Shown: piece by piece, positions 13,001 to 24,715 of the stretch
How the letters are laid out: the number at the start of each line of letters is the position of its first letter
How positions within the stretch are numbered: the first letter of the stretch is position 1
Source: Lama guanicoe
Lineage: Eukaryota
Assembly: GCA_013239625.1 (NCBI GenBank)
Contig: MU054400.1
Location: forward strand, 2,392,282-2,456,281
Length of the DNA stretch: 64,000 nt
Direction: 5' to 3'
Program-made: the position numbers and the translations under genes
The notes under the pieces: generated by a model
What the model saw: only the letters and a program-made list of their open reading frames with translations
Told to the model about the DNA's origin: nothing
Database searches by the model: none

Positions 13001-13707
13001 AATGTCACATAAACTTAGTTGATAAAGCAGTCGCAGGGTTTGAAAAAAGTTAACTCCAATTTTGAAAGAAGTTCTGCTATGGTTAAAATGCTATCAAACA
13101 GCATCGCATGCTACAGAGAAATTGTTTGTGAAAGGAAAAGTCAACTGATGCGACAGATTCCATTGTTGTCTTATTTTAAGCGATTGCCACAGCCTCCCCA
13201 GCCTTCAGCAACTATCACCCTGATCAGTCGGCGGCCATCAACACTGAGGCAAGACCTTCCACCAGCAAGAAGATTATGACTCACTGAAGGCTCAGATGTT
13301 TAGCATCTTTTAGCAACAAAGTATTTTTAAATTAAAACATGTACATTGTTTTTTTAGACAATGCTATCACACACTTAATAGACCACAGTAGAGTGTAAAT
13401 GTAACTTTTATATGTACTGGGAAACCAAAAAATTTGTGATTCACTTTTTTGCAATATTTGCTTTATTGTGGTGGCCAGGAACCACACCTGCAATATCTCC
13501 GAGGTTTGTTTGTATTCTGTATAATACTGTGATGGTGGACACATTTGTCCAAATTCATGGAATGTATACCAACAGTGAACCCCAAGCAAAAATAAGGGCT
13601 TTGTGTGATAATGATGTGTCAGCGTAGGTTCATCGATTGTAAAAAATGCAGGCTCATTGATTGCAACAAATGTACCTTGTAACAAATGTGCCGCCCTGGC
13701 ACAGGGT

Positions 13708-14090
13708 TGTTTCAGTTTGCTAGGGCTACCATAACAAAATAGGACAGTGTGAGTGGCTGAAACAGCAGGAGTTTGTTTTCTCACGGTCCTGGAGGCTGGA
13801 AGTCTAAGGTCATGGTGTCGGCAGGCTTGATTTCTCCTGAGGCCTCTCCCTGGCTTGCAGATGGCCACCTTCTTGCTGTGTCTGTATGTGGTCTTTTCTC
13901 TGAGTATATTGCTTTGTGCATCCAAATTTCCTCCTCTTAGAAAGGTATCAGTCGGATTGGATTAAGGCCAACCCACTGACCTTATTTACCTTTTTAAAGG
14001 CCCTATCTCCAAATACAGTCACATTCCGACGTACTGGGGGTTAAATTTTCAACATATAAATTTTGGGAGGACATAATTCAGTTCATAACA
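13708..14090 (-). mobile_element. MLT1A-like MaLR solo LTR
   Basis: TG...CA termini (tgtttcagtttgctagggctaccataacaaa ... acataattcagttcataaca); ggaggctggaagtctaagg motif; degenerate 5-bp TSD agggt/aagat. Confidence 0.85.
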
Positions 14091-15152
14091 AAGATGTTGA
14101 TAGTAGGGGAGCCTGAGTGTATGTGTAGGCAGGGGTATATGGAAACTTTCTGTGAATTCCACTCAATTTTGCTAAACCTAAAACTACTCTAAAAAGCAAA
14201 ATCCATTGGAAAAAAAAAGACTCCAGAATCTGAACTCATGGGTGTCGTTATTTACACACAAAAGGCACTATCATACCCTTCATTTGTCTAACAAATGTTT
14301 ATTGACAACTTCAATGTGCCAGATACTGTTCTAGGCACCCAGGAATATAGCAGTGAACAAAGCAGACAAAAATGCCTGTCTTGTTGGAGTTTAACTTCTA
14401 GAGGAGAAGGATAGACAGTAAACAAGATGACTAAGCAAAAATAAATGGCATGTTAGATTGTGATAAATGCTACAAAGAAAAAAGAAGGAGGGAAAAGAGG
14501 TTATTGGGTTGCAGTTTCAAGCAGATTAACCATCAAAAGTCCTCATTAAGAAAGTAACACTTATGGCACTGAGTAAACGAACTATTGCTTGGACATTAAC
14601 ATTCAAATCAGAGGGAATAGCAAGTGCAAAGACCCTGAGGTAGGAGTTTGCCTAATGTGTTCCAGCAAAACAAGCCTTACCCTGTGTGGTCTGAGGGTCA
14701 GGAATAGAAATGGAGATCAGAAAGGGAACAGGGCCTCTTAGGTCAGTGCAAGGATTATGGCTCTTCGTCTGAGTGGGATGGAATGCCATTGGGAGATTTA
14801 AAGTAGAGGAGAGACGTGACCTGCTGACATTTTAAATGAATCAATCCTGCTGCTGTGTTGAGTTTAGACTGCAGAAGAGAGAAGAGTGAGGAGTCTATTC
14901 AGTGACTTGATGAGAAATACTGGACGCTCAGACCTGCGATAGCAGTGGAAAGGATGGAAACTGGTCAGATTCTGGACATCTTTGAAGTTAGAGCTGACAG
15001 AAAATGCTGGAGGGCTATTGATAGGAGAGATAAAGAAGAGGCAACAATAGCTCCAGGGCTCTCAGCCTGGACAACTGCAAGAATGAAGGCACCATCACTA
15101 TGATGTGTAGCCTGAGGAACAGGCTTTCTTAAGGGTCAGATCAAGAGCTCAG

Positions 15153-16395
15153 AAACGTAAAGGTAAACCTTTGTGACCCTGGATGAAGCAATGATCTCTT
15201 AGAACTGATGTCAAAAGTACAAGCAACGAGAGATAAATTAGACTATTAAAATGAAAACTTGTGCTTCAAAGAACACATCAAGAAAGCGAAAAGACAAACC
15301 AGAATGTTGAAGAAAATATTTGCAGGTCGTATATCTCATAAGGAACTCATATCTGGGAAATTTGAATAACTCTTGCAACTTAATAATTAAAAGACAAGTA
15401 TCCCGATTAAGAAGTAGGCAGAGGGGGATGGGTATAGCTCAGTGGTAGAGCATATGCTTAGCATGCATGAGGTACTGGGTTCAATCCCCAATACCTCCAT
15501 TAAAAAAAAAAACTATTAAAAAATAGTTGGCAGAGAATGTGAGTTGATATTTCTCCAAAGAAGATACACAAATGAACAATAAGCTGCTCAATATCTTTGG
15601 CCATCAAGGAACTGCAAATCAAAACCACAGTGAGATGCCCCTTCACACTCACCAGGATGACTACAGTAAAAAAGGTAGATGATAAAAAGTGCTGATGAGA
15701 ATGTGGAGAAATCAGAACTCTCAAACAACTGCTGGTGTGAATGATGTAGAATTAGTGTAGCCACTTTGGAAAACAATCTGGCAGTTTCTCAGCAGGTTTA
15801 ACATAGAGTTACCATATGACCCAGATATTCTGCTCTTAGGTATAGGTCCAAGAGAAATGAAAACATATGTCTTCACAAAAACTTGTATATACATGTTCAC
15901 AGTAACATTATTCATAATCGCCAAAAAGTGGAAACAACCCAAATATCCATCAACTGATGAATGGCTAAATAAAATGCAGTATGCTCATGGAATGAAATAT
16001 TATTCAGCCATGAAAAGTAATAAAATAGTGATACATGCTACAGCATGGATGAACCTTAAAAACATTATGTTAGGTAAAAGTAGTCAGTCACAAAAGACTG
16101 TATGATTCCATTTATATGAAATTACTAGACTAGGCAAATCTGTAGAGACAGATAGTAGATTACTGGTTGTCTAGAGCTAGGAGGGCTTGGGATAGTAGGA
16201 AGTGGCTGATAAGGGATAAGGAGTTTTTTTGGGGGAGGTGATGAAAATTAATTGTGTTCTCAGATTGATTGCGGTGATGGTTGCACAACTGTGAATATAC
16301 TAAAAGCCATAGAATTGTACATGTTATACGGGTGAATTATGTATTATATAAATTATGTCTCAAAGCAAAAAAGAAAAGTAAAAAAATAAAATAAA
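15153..16395 (+). mobile_element. L1MB-type 3' fragment
   Basis: ORF2 C-terminal remnants (LFIIAKKWKQPKYPSTDEWLNKM) and a 3' UTR ending aattatgtctcaaagc plus an A-rich tail. Confidence 0.88.
15423..15512 (+). mobile_element. tRNA-Ala-derived SINE, short form (tRNA head plus poly-A)
   Basis: ggtatagctcagtggtagagcatatgcttagcatgcatgaggtactgggttcaatccccaatacctccatt followed by an A-tract; ggcagag repeated on both sides. Confidence 0.88.
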
Positions 16396-17189
16396 ATCAA
16401 TTCTATCAATTCTGGACATGGTAAATTTGGGATGTTTACTGGAGATTTCGATGAAAATGGTCAGATTCTGGGCATCTTTGAAGTCTGAGCTGAGCAAAAT
16501 GTTGAGTAGATAGTTGGAGATATGAGTCAGGAGTTCACAAGAAGGGTCCAACTGTAGTTACAAATGTGAGAGTCATGAGCATATGTACACATTTATGAGA
16601 CTGGATGAGCCTCAGAGAGTGAAGTTGGATTAAAAAAAGAAGTCCAAGGACTTAGCCCTGATTAAAAGAGAAGTTGAATGAAGCAGTATAAATCATTAGC
16701 TCAAACACATCAGCTCAATGGGAAGATCAAATCCAATGGAAAATCCGGGGTGGTGTGGGGGGGTAGGCAATAGTGGGCTCTTTGATCCAAGGCAGCAAAC
16801 AAATCTTCTCAGAGAACTACCCATTGATCAGAGAGATGTTGACAAATTTACATGAATGTGGGTATGTACTGAATGGAGTGGCTCTGAAGTGCCACATGGA
16901 ATGCGAAACCTCTGTCCCAAGTTTCCTGGATGTTTTCATTAGCAGTTTCTCTAATGTCTTTGGGGCATGATCGGATCTTTATCGAGCAATCGGTGGAAAA
17001 GCCAAAATGAGGATTAGGCAACCTTTTTGTTTTTTTTTTTAGGTGGCTGCTGAGCTTGAATGTTCAAAAAAATTTTCAGATTGATCATTTTAGAGTCAAT
17101 GTCAGTAAGTTTGGAAAGCCAAGGATTCATATTCTTTCAGTTGTGAAGAGGTATCTGGATGACACAGGAACCATACATGCCTGGGAAAG

Positions 17190-17410
17190 CAGATTGAAGT
17201 GTGGACCACTATATATTTTTCGCTTGTGTAACTATAAAAGCTTCCTAACTAGTCTTTAGTGCAAATTGCTCCACCAGTTTCTTCCTATGGGAAATGAAAA
17301 CAATCATAGTGCTAATTACTGTGCACAGTTGTTGAGAGAATGAAATGAGATAGGGCATGTAGACACTTAATACAGGGCTTGGTATATAACAGGTTCTCAG
17401 TAGGTGCTAG
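17190..17410 (+). mobile_element. MIR SINE (degenerate)
   Basis: cagtttcttcctatgggaaatg...gttgttgagagaatgaaatgagata...cttggtatataacaggttctcagtaggtgctag. Confidence 0.6.
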
Positions 17411-17925
17411 GAAGCTCTAGATAATCTCTAAATACGGTTTCCAAATTGGAGGAAGCCAGTATATATCTCCTAGACACTCACACTTTCCGTCTGTTTGCTA
17501 TACTAGGTGTGACACCTCTCTGATGGGTTTTCTATCTACCTGTCTTTTTCTTTACTGGACTTTGAGTTACCTAAGGCAATAATGGACCTGTTTGCTGCTT
17601 CTTTCTATCCCCAATGGCTAGTACAGTGCTCAATAAATGTTCGAACAAATAAATGAAAAATCTCTCCCATTTTATGGATTGGGAGAAAAAAATACCAAAT
17701 TCACCAACGCCTAACCTACCTAAGACTTCTCAGACTGACCCCTTCTATAGTTATAGCTCCTGCCCCATCCATGAGTGTAACTCCTGCCTTTCACAGAGCT
17801 GTCATCACTATTCACGGATAGTCCTATCAAGCAAAGCATGAAAGAAACAAATTCTCTCCCCTCTTTACAGACTGGACCTCAGTGTTTGCTGATCCTGATC
17901 AGCCTAGGCTGGAGTGAAGTGGAAT

Positions 17926-19325
17926 AACGTCAAGGACAATACATGGGGAAAAGATAACCTTTTTCAACAAATGCTGCTGGAAAAACTGGACATTTATATG
18001 CAAAAATATGAATTTAGGCACAAAAATTACACTCTTCACAAAAATTAACTCAAAATTGATTATAGATCTAAATGTAAAATTCAAAAATAAAAAACTCGTA
18101 AGAGATGACACAGAAGAAAACCTAGGTGACCTTGTGCATGGCGATGGCTTTTTAAATACAACACCAAAAACAAGACCCATGAAAGAAATAATTGATAAGC
18201 TGGATTTAATTAAAATTAAAAGCTTTTGCAAATGACACTGTGAAGAGAATGAGAAGACAAGCGCAGAATGGGAGAAAGTATTTGCAAAAGACATATTTGT
18301 TAAAATATATGAAGAATTCTTGCAACTCAACAATAAGTAAATGAACAACCCAATTAAAAAATAGGCAAGCAATCTAAGCAGATACCTCACTAAAGAAGAC
18401 ATACAGATAGCACATAAGCATATGAAAAGATGCTTAACTTCATATGTCACTAGGGAATTACAAATTAAAACAACAAAGAGACAACACTATATACTAATTA
18501 GAATTGTAAAAATCCAAAACACTGACAACACCAAATGATGGCGAGGAGGAAAGGAGCAACAGGAACTCTCATTTGTTGTTGGTGACAGTTTGGCAGTTTC
18601 TTACAAAACTAAACATACTCTTAACACATGGTCCAGTAGTTGCACTCTTCAGTATTTACCCAAATGAGTTGAAAACATGTCCACAGAAAAATTGGCACAA
18701 GAAAGTTTATAGCAGGTTCAATCATAATTGCCTAAACTTGGAAGTAACCAATGCATCCTGTAGTAGGTAAATGGGTAAATAAACTGTGCTACATCTAGAC
18801 AATGGAATATTATTCAGCATTAAAAAGAAAAGAGCTATCAAGCTATGAATAGACATAGAAGAATCTTAAATGTATATTGCTATGTGAGAGAAGCCTATCT
18901 GAAAAGGCTGGATTCTATGTGATTCCAACTATATGACATTCTGGAAAAGGCAAAACTGTGGAGACAATAAAAAGATCAGTGGTTTCCAGGGGCTGAGGGG
19001 AGGAAGGGATAAATATACATAGCAAAGAAGATTTTTAGGACAGTGAAATTATTCTGTATGATACTATGATAATGGGTAAATGTGATTAGACACTTGTCCA
19101 AAACTATAGAATGTACAACACGAAGAGTGAACCGTAAGGTAAACTCTGGACTTCAGGTGATGCTGTTGTATCAATGCACGCTTATAGACTGTAACAAATG
19201 TACAGTCTGGTGCAGGATGTTGATAGTGGGGGAGGCTGTGCATGCGTAGGGGAAGAGGATATATGGGAACTCTGTGCTTTCCACTCAGTTTTTCTCTGAA
19301 TCTGAAACTGCTACAAAAGTAAATG
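17926..19325 (+). mobile_element. L1MC-type 3' fragment
   Basis: ORF2 remnants (TKINSKLIIDLNVK...KEIIDKLDLIKIKSFC) and L1MC 3' UTR ending tctgaaactgctacaaaagtaaa. Confidence 0.9.
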
Positions 19326-19794
19326 TACACTCTTTATCTGTAACTGCTCCTAATTTGTAACAGTTGAGGAAAAAGAGCTAGAAAGAGTAAAGTCTCAGAA
19401 TGAGCAACATAAGCTTTGAGAACTTCAAAAGTGGTATCATTTATTAATGCAGTTCCCACGTATTCATCAGGATTGTTGGGTACATTTGACTGGGGAGTTC
19501 TAGATTCAACACTGATAGAGCAGAGTGGAGATGCAAAAGTAGCCTGGAGATACAAAAGAAGCCTATGCTTCTCAGATTATGAATTTAGTGTGTAGGAAAG
19601 GTTTTGTTTTCAGATTTAAAAAGTTGTCTTAAATTTTTCTTCTGGGTTGGTGGAAAATTTGATGTTGATATTTATTGATGCTCCTAATCTTTATCTCCTG
19701 GTTTCAAAAGTATGCTAAGATTTTACATACTGCAAAGGTGTTGGAGAGTGAGCCTCTTATCATCCAGTTACCTCTAAGATGCCCACAGTCCTAG

Positions 19795-20417
19795 TGTTAC
19801 CAAACCAAACTTGGGTCCACTTGCCCACACGCAGTGAAGCCAATTTACTGACACCAGGTTGTGGGGAAGGAAAGTGCAGTGTTTAGTGCAGGTGACCAAG
19901 CAAGGAGTCCAGGGAGGCTGGTGCTTAAAAGGCCCGACCTCCCTGAGGGCTTTTGGGGAAAGGGTTTTAAGGACAGGTTGAGGGAAGGGTGTTTTGGGGT
20001 GTGTGATCATCTCACGGACATTCTTCTGATTGGTTGGTGGTGAGGTAATCAGGACTTAGCTTCATCAACCTTCTGGGTCCAACTGGTCTTTGGTCTACGT
20101 GCTTCTGGGCAGCACACAGTTAACGTCTTCCACGTGGTGGGGCTTTCAGTGTCTGCAAAACAGCTCAAAGGATATGGCTCAGAATATTATCTATAGTCCT
20201 TGAGGAGGAACTAAATGTCCTTGACTTTGTTTGATGGCTAAACAATTATTGTTTTGTCTTGCCTGTTTTCCTTTCTTCCTGCATTTTCTAACTTCTCTGA
20301 TTAAATGTACTCTTTGGAAGTCTAGGAGACTAAAGCTTTCCTACAAAAAAGAGGTAGGCAGAGGACGTGAGGAGGGGTCTGTTCTGGGAGGGCCCCGTAG
20401 GGTCCTGCTTGGTTACA
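19795..20417 (-). mobile_element. ERV1-class solo LTR (artiodactyl MER41-like group)
   Basis: tgttacc...ggttaca termini; perfect 4-bp TSD ctag at 19791-19794 and 20418-20421. Confidence 0.85.
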
Positions 20418-20433
20418 CTAGCCTAAGTGCTAC

Positions 20434-20912
20434 TGTTACCGACCAGGGTTCTTGAACTCCTTAATCAATAGAAATTGATAAGAGGCCAGATGAAAAATTC
20501 AGGCAAGGCTTTATTGGTACTTGTGCTGCAGCACAAGGCAGGGAAAACAAGTAACAGGTTCCCTAGTTTGCTCCCTGGGTTGGGGCAAGCTGGTCCCTTA
20601 CACGGGGTGAGGGTAGGGGTGGGTCCGTGGGTTGGGCCAGAGGGGTGGCTTAGGCAGTCAGCCCACCCCGGTGGCGGTGCTGAGTGCAGGGATCATGCAC
20701 AGTACCCTGCTTTTGTTCCCAATACCTCAGAAGTGGCAGTTAGGTTTTTGGTCTTTTTGTATCTTGTTGTTCATAATTTGCCCCAACTGTGCATGTGTGT
20801 GGTTATTTTTAGTCCCTTGTAGTTACTCTGTGTTCTGTTGCTCAAGGAGAGATTTGTCCAGGTACAAGCACTGCAGCAGATGATCTCAGGTCTCAGGTCC
20901 CAGCCTGTCTCA
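20434..20912 (-). mobile_element. ERV1-class solo LTR, different subfamily
   Basis: tgttaccgaccagggttctt...gcctgtctca; tttatt (AATAAA on minus) near 20510; perfect 4-bp TSD ctac at 20430-20433 and 20913-20916. Confidence 0.85.
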
Positions 20913-23363
20913 CTACCTTGAGGTGACCTGTGGCCCAGGAATTTGTGGTGAGGCCCAGGAGTTTATGGTGAGGCAGGGGGCCTCCCTGCCTCACTAGCTG
21001 CCCAGTTAATGTTTGTCCAGTTAGCAAAGAGAACCACCTGTAAAAAAGGAAGGAAAGAGAGAGGAGGAGAGGGAGTAACAACCCAATGAGGGAATTATGG
21101 GGTTGAGTCAGGTGAACGGGAAGCGAAAAATCCCAAACTGCCCTGTATTGGAGAGATGGCTGGTCATTAAGGTACCTTTCTTAGCTGGATAGTCTAGAAA
21201 CAGCTTTCAAAAATGTGCCTTTCTATTGAGTTTTTGGTAACGTTCCTCAGCTCTGGGATCAGCACCTGAGAGTCAACATAGTATCAGGTTAGAACACATT
21301 TGCTTACATTCTAAAATTATAAGTGAGAAATGCCATTTGTCTCCTTCCATGGTGGGGTGGGGGCGAGTAGTACCAGTTCAACACAAAGACTCCAGCATTT
21401 CAAACTTCCCGAGTGCAGTCTGCTTTCTCCAAGTTATGAAGGCCTAAATGTCCTTTTCCAGTGGTCTGTCCTAGTAGGATGAGAAAACCACCACAATACG
21501 TCTTTAGTCAGGAAGCCAGAACCCCTGCTTTGTCCTTGTGGAAGAGGGATTTACTTGCAGGTTGGGACCCTGAAGCTAAAGGGCCTGTCGGGTAATGGCA
21601 ATCTTACCGGTATTTTGACACGTTGCCGTGCAGATTTGGTTGCCTTTTTGGTTGGTGGTGTCAGGAAGTGTTGCTTTCCTTGATAAGAATTTCAGTGTCT
21701 GTATACTTCTTGCTTGCTCTTAGGAGGTGTGTATGTGAATGTTAAGTCTCTGTTTATGAGAGTCAAGGGCTGGAAGGTGGTTCGGTCTGGAGGAAAGGCT
21801 GAGCAGAGGAACTGCACTGGGTTTGGTCACACCACACCTGGATTGCACAACTGTATCAGAGAAAACCAAGTAGAATTCTCTGTAAGTAGATCGTTCTGTT
21901 GAAGGCGAAAGGGAGTAAGGTATAGAGAAGGGTTCCCCCTTGTGGGATTGGGCACGGCCACTGTCAGCCACCCTTGGAAGGAGCAGGGTCTGGGAGCACA
22001 AGAGGGGCTCAGGAGGCAAGTCTCGGGCTGGAGGAAGGTGAGGGGATAGTTCTCCCCTCTTGTGCTCTTGTGGGTGTTGATGTCCTTGACTCTAAATGGA
22101 AAAGGTATTTGAGGATGCCTCTCATGGGGAAAGGTAAGCTATTACCACCCGCTAGATGCACGAGAAGGAACAGGCAAACCAGAGACCCCCGGGGGACCAT
22201 CAGGGACCTAGGGAGAACCATAGCTGCTGCCCAGCTTTGGGTTTCTTTCTGTTGTAACTCCTCTCTGTTAACTCCAAGTCCCCATAAAACCCCCTTTTAA
22301 ACATTATGAGTTGGTTTCTGCGTTCACTGAGAGAAATTCAGAGTGGGATAGCAGGAAACAGTAGCAGCTGAAGAGAAGCAGGTCCAGGGACTGCAGGGGA
22401 GCTTGCAAGAGCAGCCAGAGCCTCAGCAGTGGTCAAGGCTGCGATCAGCCATGAAAACAGCAGCAGCAGCAGCATTGTGGCACATGAAGTGATGCGTGGG
22501 AGTCCCAGAAACGCAGATGAAGGGGAAGCCAGTAGAAGGACTGGACTTCCTAGGGCCAAGTGGATAGGAACCTGAACACCATCATTATTTCCTCCTAAAG
22601 AAATGTGACGTTATTACGCTATTTAAAAACCAGTGAAGTCTGACAGTTTGGGATCTATAATGTAAGGAATAGAGCCTTGGCTACTGTGGCTTATTCTTGC
22701 TCATTCTGCTGTCCAAGGAATGGGAACGAGGCCACACTCTGCTTGAAAATTGGGAGTAAACCCTGATGGAGAGGAACATTCTGCTTTCGTTCTGTAAAAT
22801 TAGAGACACAATGTAACACCCTCCATCTAATTAGCTATAAAACACGGACATCAGTGTTCATGCTCTGAATCTCAATACAGGTCGCTCTGTTTGTACATTC
22901 ACACCGTTGTCTTGATTACCAGACACCTTCACAAACGGGGTAGCAGATGTTCCCTCTCACAGCCTCAACGAGGCATCTGCTCATTTCATTCGTCTCCTCT
23001 AACCTATTCAATTGCTAAGACCCTAAATTTGTCCTGACTTCTGGGGGCTGGCTCTTCACCCATTTGACAAAGTTGAGTAGCACTGACTAATTTCCTGGAC
23101 TAAGTTGCTGTTCAAAGTGGGGTGAGCTGAAAAATTATGTCTGAATTCTTCCTAATGAGGTATCTGTTTTGCCTGTAACCAAACTGAGTGATTTTTCTCT
23201 AGGTGACGTTAGTGGTTATTTTTTATTAACTCATTTCTATTTGCTAATTTAAAAATGAACGGCTATTATTTATATAATAACAACTTTTTAAAAGTTTAAA
23301 TTTTTGTCGGATCAAACTTTAGTCCTTCCACTTTACTGTTGTTGAAAGAGATTTATGGACAGT

Positions 23364-23900
23364 ATGGTGGCTTGTCTCCAAGACGGTGACCATCAGTTTT
23401 TTTCCTCCCTACACATACAAGCCATTCCCTCCTTAAGAGGTAGAATCTATTCCTCTACCTTATTGGATCAAGGCTGGCCTGTGACTTACGCTTGACTGAT
23501 AGAATACGGAGGAAGGGACGCCAAGTTCCAGATCATAAGAAGCCTTGCAGGTTCTGTTGGTTGTCTTTGAATACTCACTCTTGGGAATCCAGTCACCATG
23601 CAAGCAATCTAATTGTCTTGAGGCCACCATGCTGTAAGGATGCCCATTCTGACCATGTGGAGAGATTGCTTAAAAGTAGATGCTCAAGCGGCATCCAGCT
23701 TTTCCAGCCTAGACACTAGACACATGAGTGAAGAAACCTACAAATGGTGCTAGTTCCAGTTGTAGGCTGGCGGCAACCAAATGAAAGACTCCAGGAAAGA
23801 ACCACCCAGCTGAGTCTGTCAACCCCCAGAACCATGAGCGATAACAGTACATAGCTGTTTTGGGGGGTGGTTTGTTATGTGGCAATAGATAACTGGAACG
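23364..23900 (+). mobile_element. MLT1G/H-like MaLR LTR
   Basis: ggctggcctgtgactt...ccaccatgctgtaagga...cagaaccatgagcgataa...ggtggtttgttatgtggcaatagataactggaac. Confidence 0.75.
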
Positions 23901-24584
23901 ATTTCACTAAGAAATAAACTTAAGGGGTTGTGGTTTGTACCTTACTTGGAATTCTCAGTCTTCTGTTAATTTTCATGATGAATGAGGGTAGCCTGAAGAA
24001 ATGCCATGATTTATGTTTTAGAATAGTATTTGACTGGAGGGCAGTGAGCTCATTGATTTTGTGCTTAGAATAAATTCAGATTTGGACATACATATACAAG
24101 TTGAAGAAAGCACAGTAGGTCTCATGTTTATAAGGAGCTGCTGGTGTGACTTTTTTGGAGAAACAGAAGAAGCTGTCCTGAAGTTTCTCCTTCCTGAAAT
24201 CTCCTCTACTTTCATCTTGTCTTACCTAAGAAATGTAGTTCATAAACTTCCTGGGGACTCCACAACACCTAAACTAGTTGGCCAGTGAGATCAGATAGCA
24301 GAACTCTGATGGGGATCCAAAGGGGTGGATCAAGGGACAATTGAGTTTTGAGGGCACTGTAAAAGGTTTGAGCACATGTGAGAAGCTAGTGGGAAGGGGT
24401 CTGGGGTGACCTTCAGGCATTGGGATGAGGCTGGAGGATGGGACACCGCTGAAAGTAACCTTTCTCACTTCCAAATTCCATGCAGAGCTAGTCTTGCATA
24501 AAGAGATTGTCATTTTTTAAAGAGGTGGCGGGGGGTGGGGGCGGCAATCTGGACATCTGGCCACCCTAACCATGAGACAAGTAT

Positions 24585-24715
24585 AGCTACCACCCTGATT
24601 GTACCGATGAGGGAACTGAGGCTTCAGTGTGTTTAGTTACTTGCCCAAGGTCACACGGTTAGGAGCAGGATTTGAATCCAGATAGTATGGCTCTCGAGTC
24701 TATACTCTGCCACTA
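24585..24715 (-). mobile_element. MIR SINE
   Basis: gatgagggaactgaggc...ttacttgcccaaggtcacac...ggatttgaatccaga. Confidence 0.75.

Larger units (their letters stand above)
10761..13512 (+). mobile_element. Near full-length Tigger1 (pogo-like DNA transposon) with a nested L1 fragment
   Basis: 5' end caggcatatcttgttttattg, 3' end gcaatatctccgaggtttgtttg; TA duplication at 10759-10760 and 13513-13514; about 2.4 kb after removing the nested L1. Confidence 0.95.
9850..14220 (+). mobile_element. L1MC-type 3' fragment, interrupted by a SINE, Tigger1 and MLT1A (host pieces about 9850-9980, 10105-10760, 13513-13707, 14091-14220)
   Basis: aagtgggcaaaagatctaaacagacacttcacc; the sequence reads agtgaaacta|ttctgtataatactg across the Tigger1 insertion and ends aaacctaaaactactctaaaaa plus an A-tract. 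Confidence 0.85.
14277..16660 (-). mobile_element. L2 fragment split by an L1 (pieces about 14277-15150 and 16400-16660)
   Basis: catttgtctaacaaatgtttattgac...atgtgccagatactgttctaggcac is the L2 3' end reversed; gcaaagaccctgagg and gatcaagagctcag|ttctggacatgg continue across the L1. Confidence 0.8.

Noticed and set aside
12220..13279. Transposase-like ORFs as a domesticated TIGD1-type gene
   Set aside because: Frameshifts, stops and an L1 insertion break the frame, so this is a fossil Tigger1.
13620..13692. Degenerate 24-bp tandem repeat in the L1MC 3' UTR
   Set aside because: Old local slippage within a repeat with no sign of function.
15423..15500. tRNA-Ala gene (also at 9981, 27116, 41798, 61616)
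   Set aside because: A-rich tails, TSDs, an altered 5' end and insertion into other repeats identify these as SINEs.
22338..22559. Hydrophobic, signal-peptide-like ORF with a short CAG run
   Set aside because: Short, starts at a non-ATG codon, and the leucine run comes from a (CAG)5 repeat on the opposite strand.
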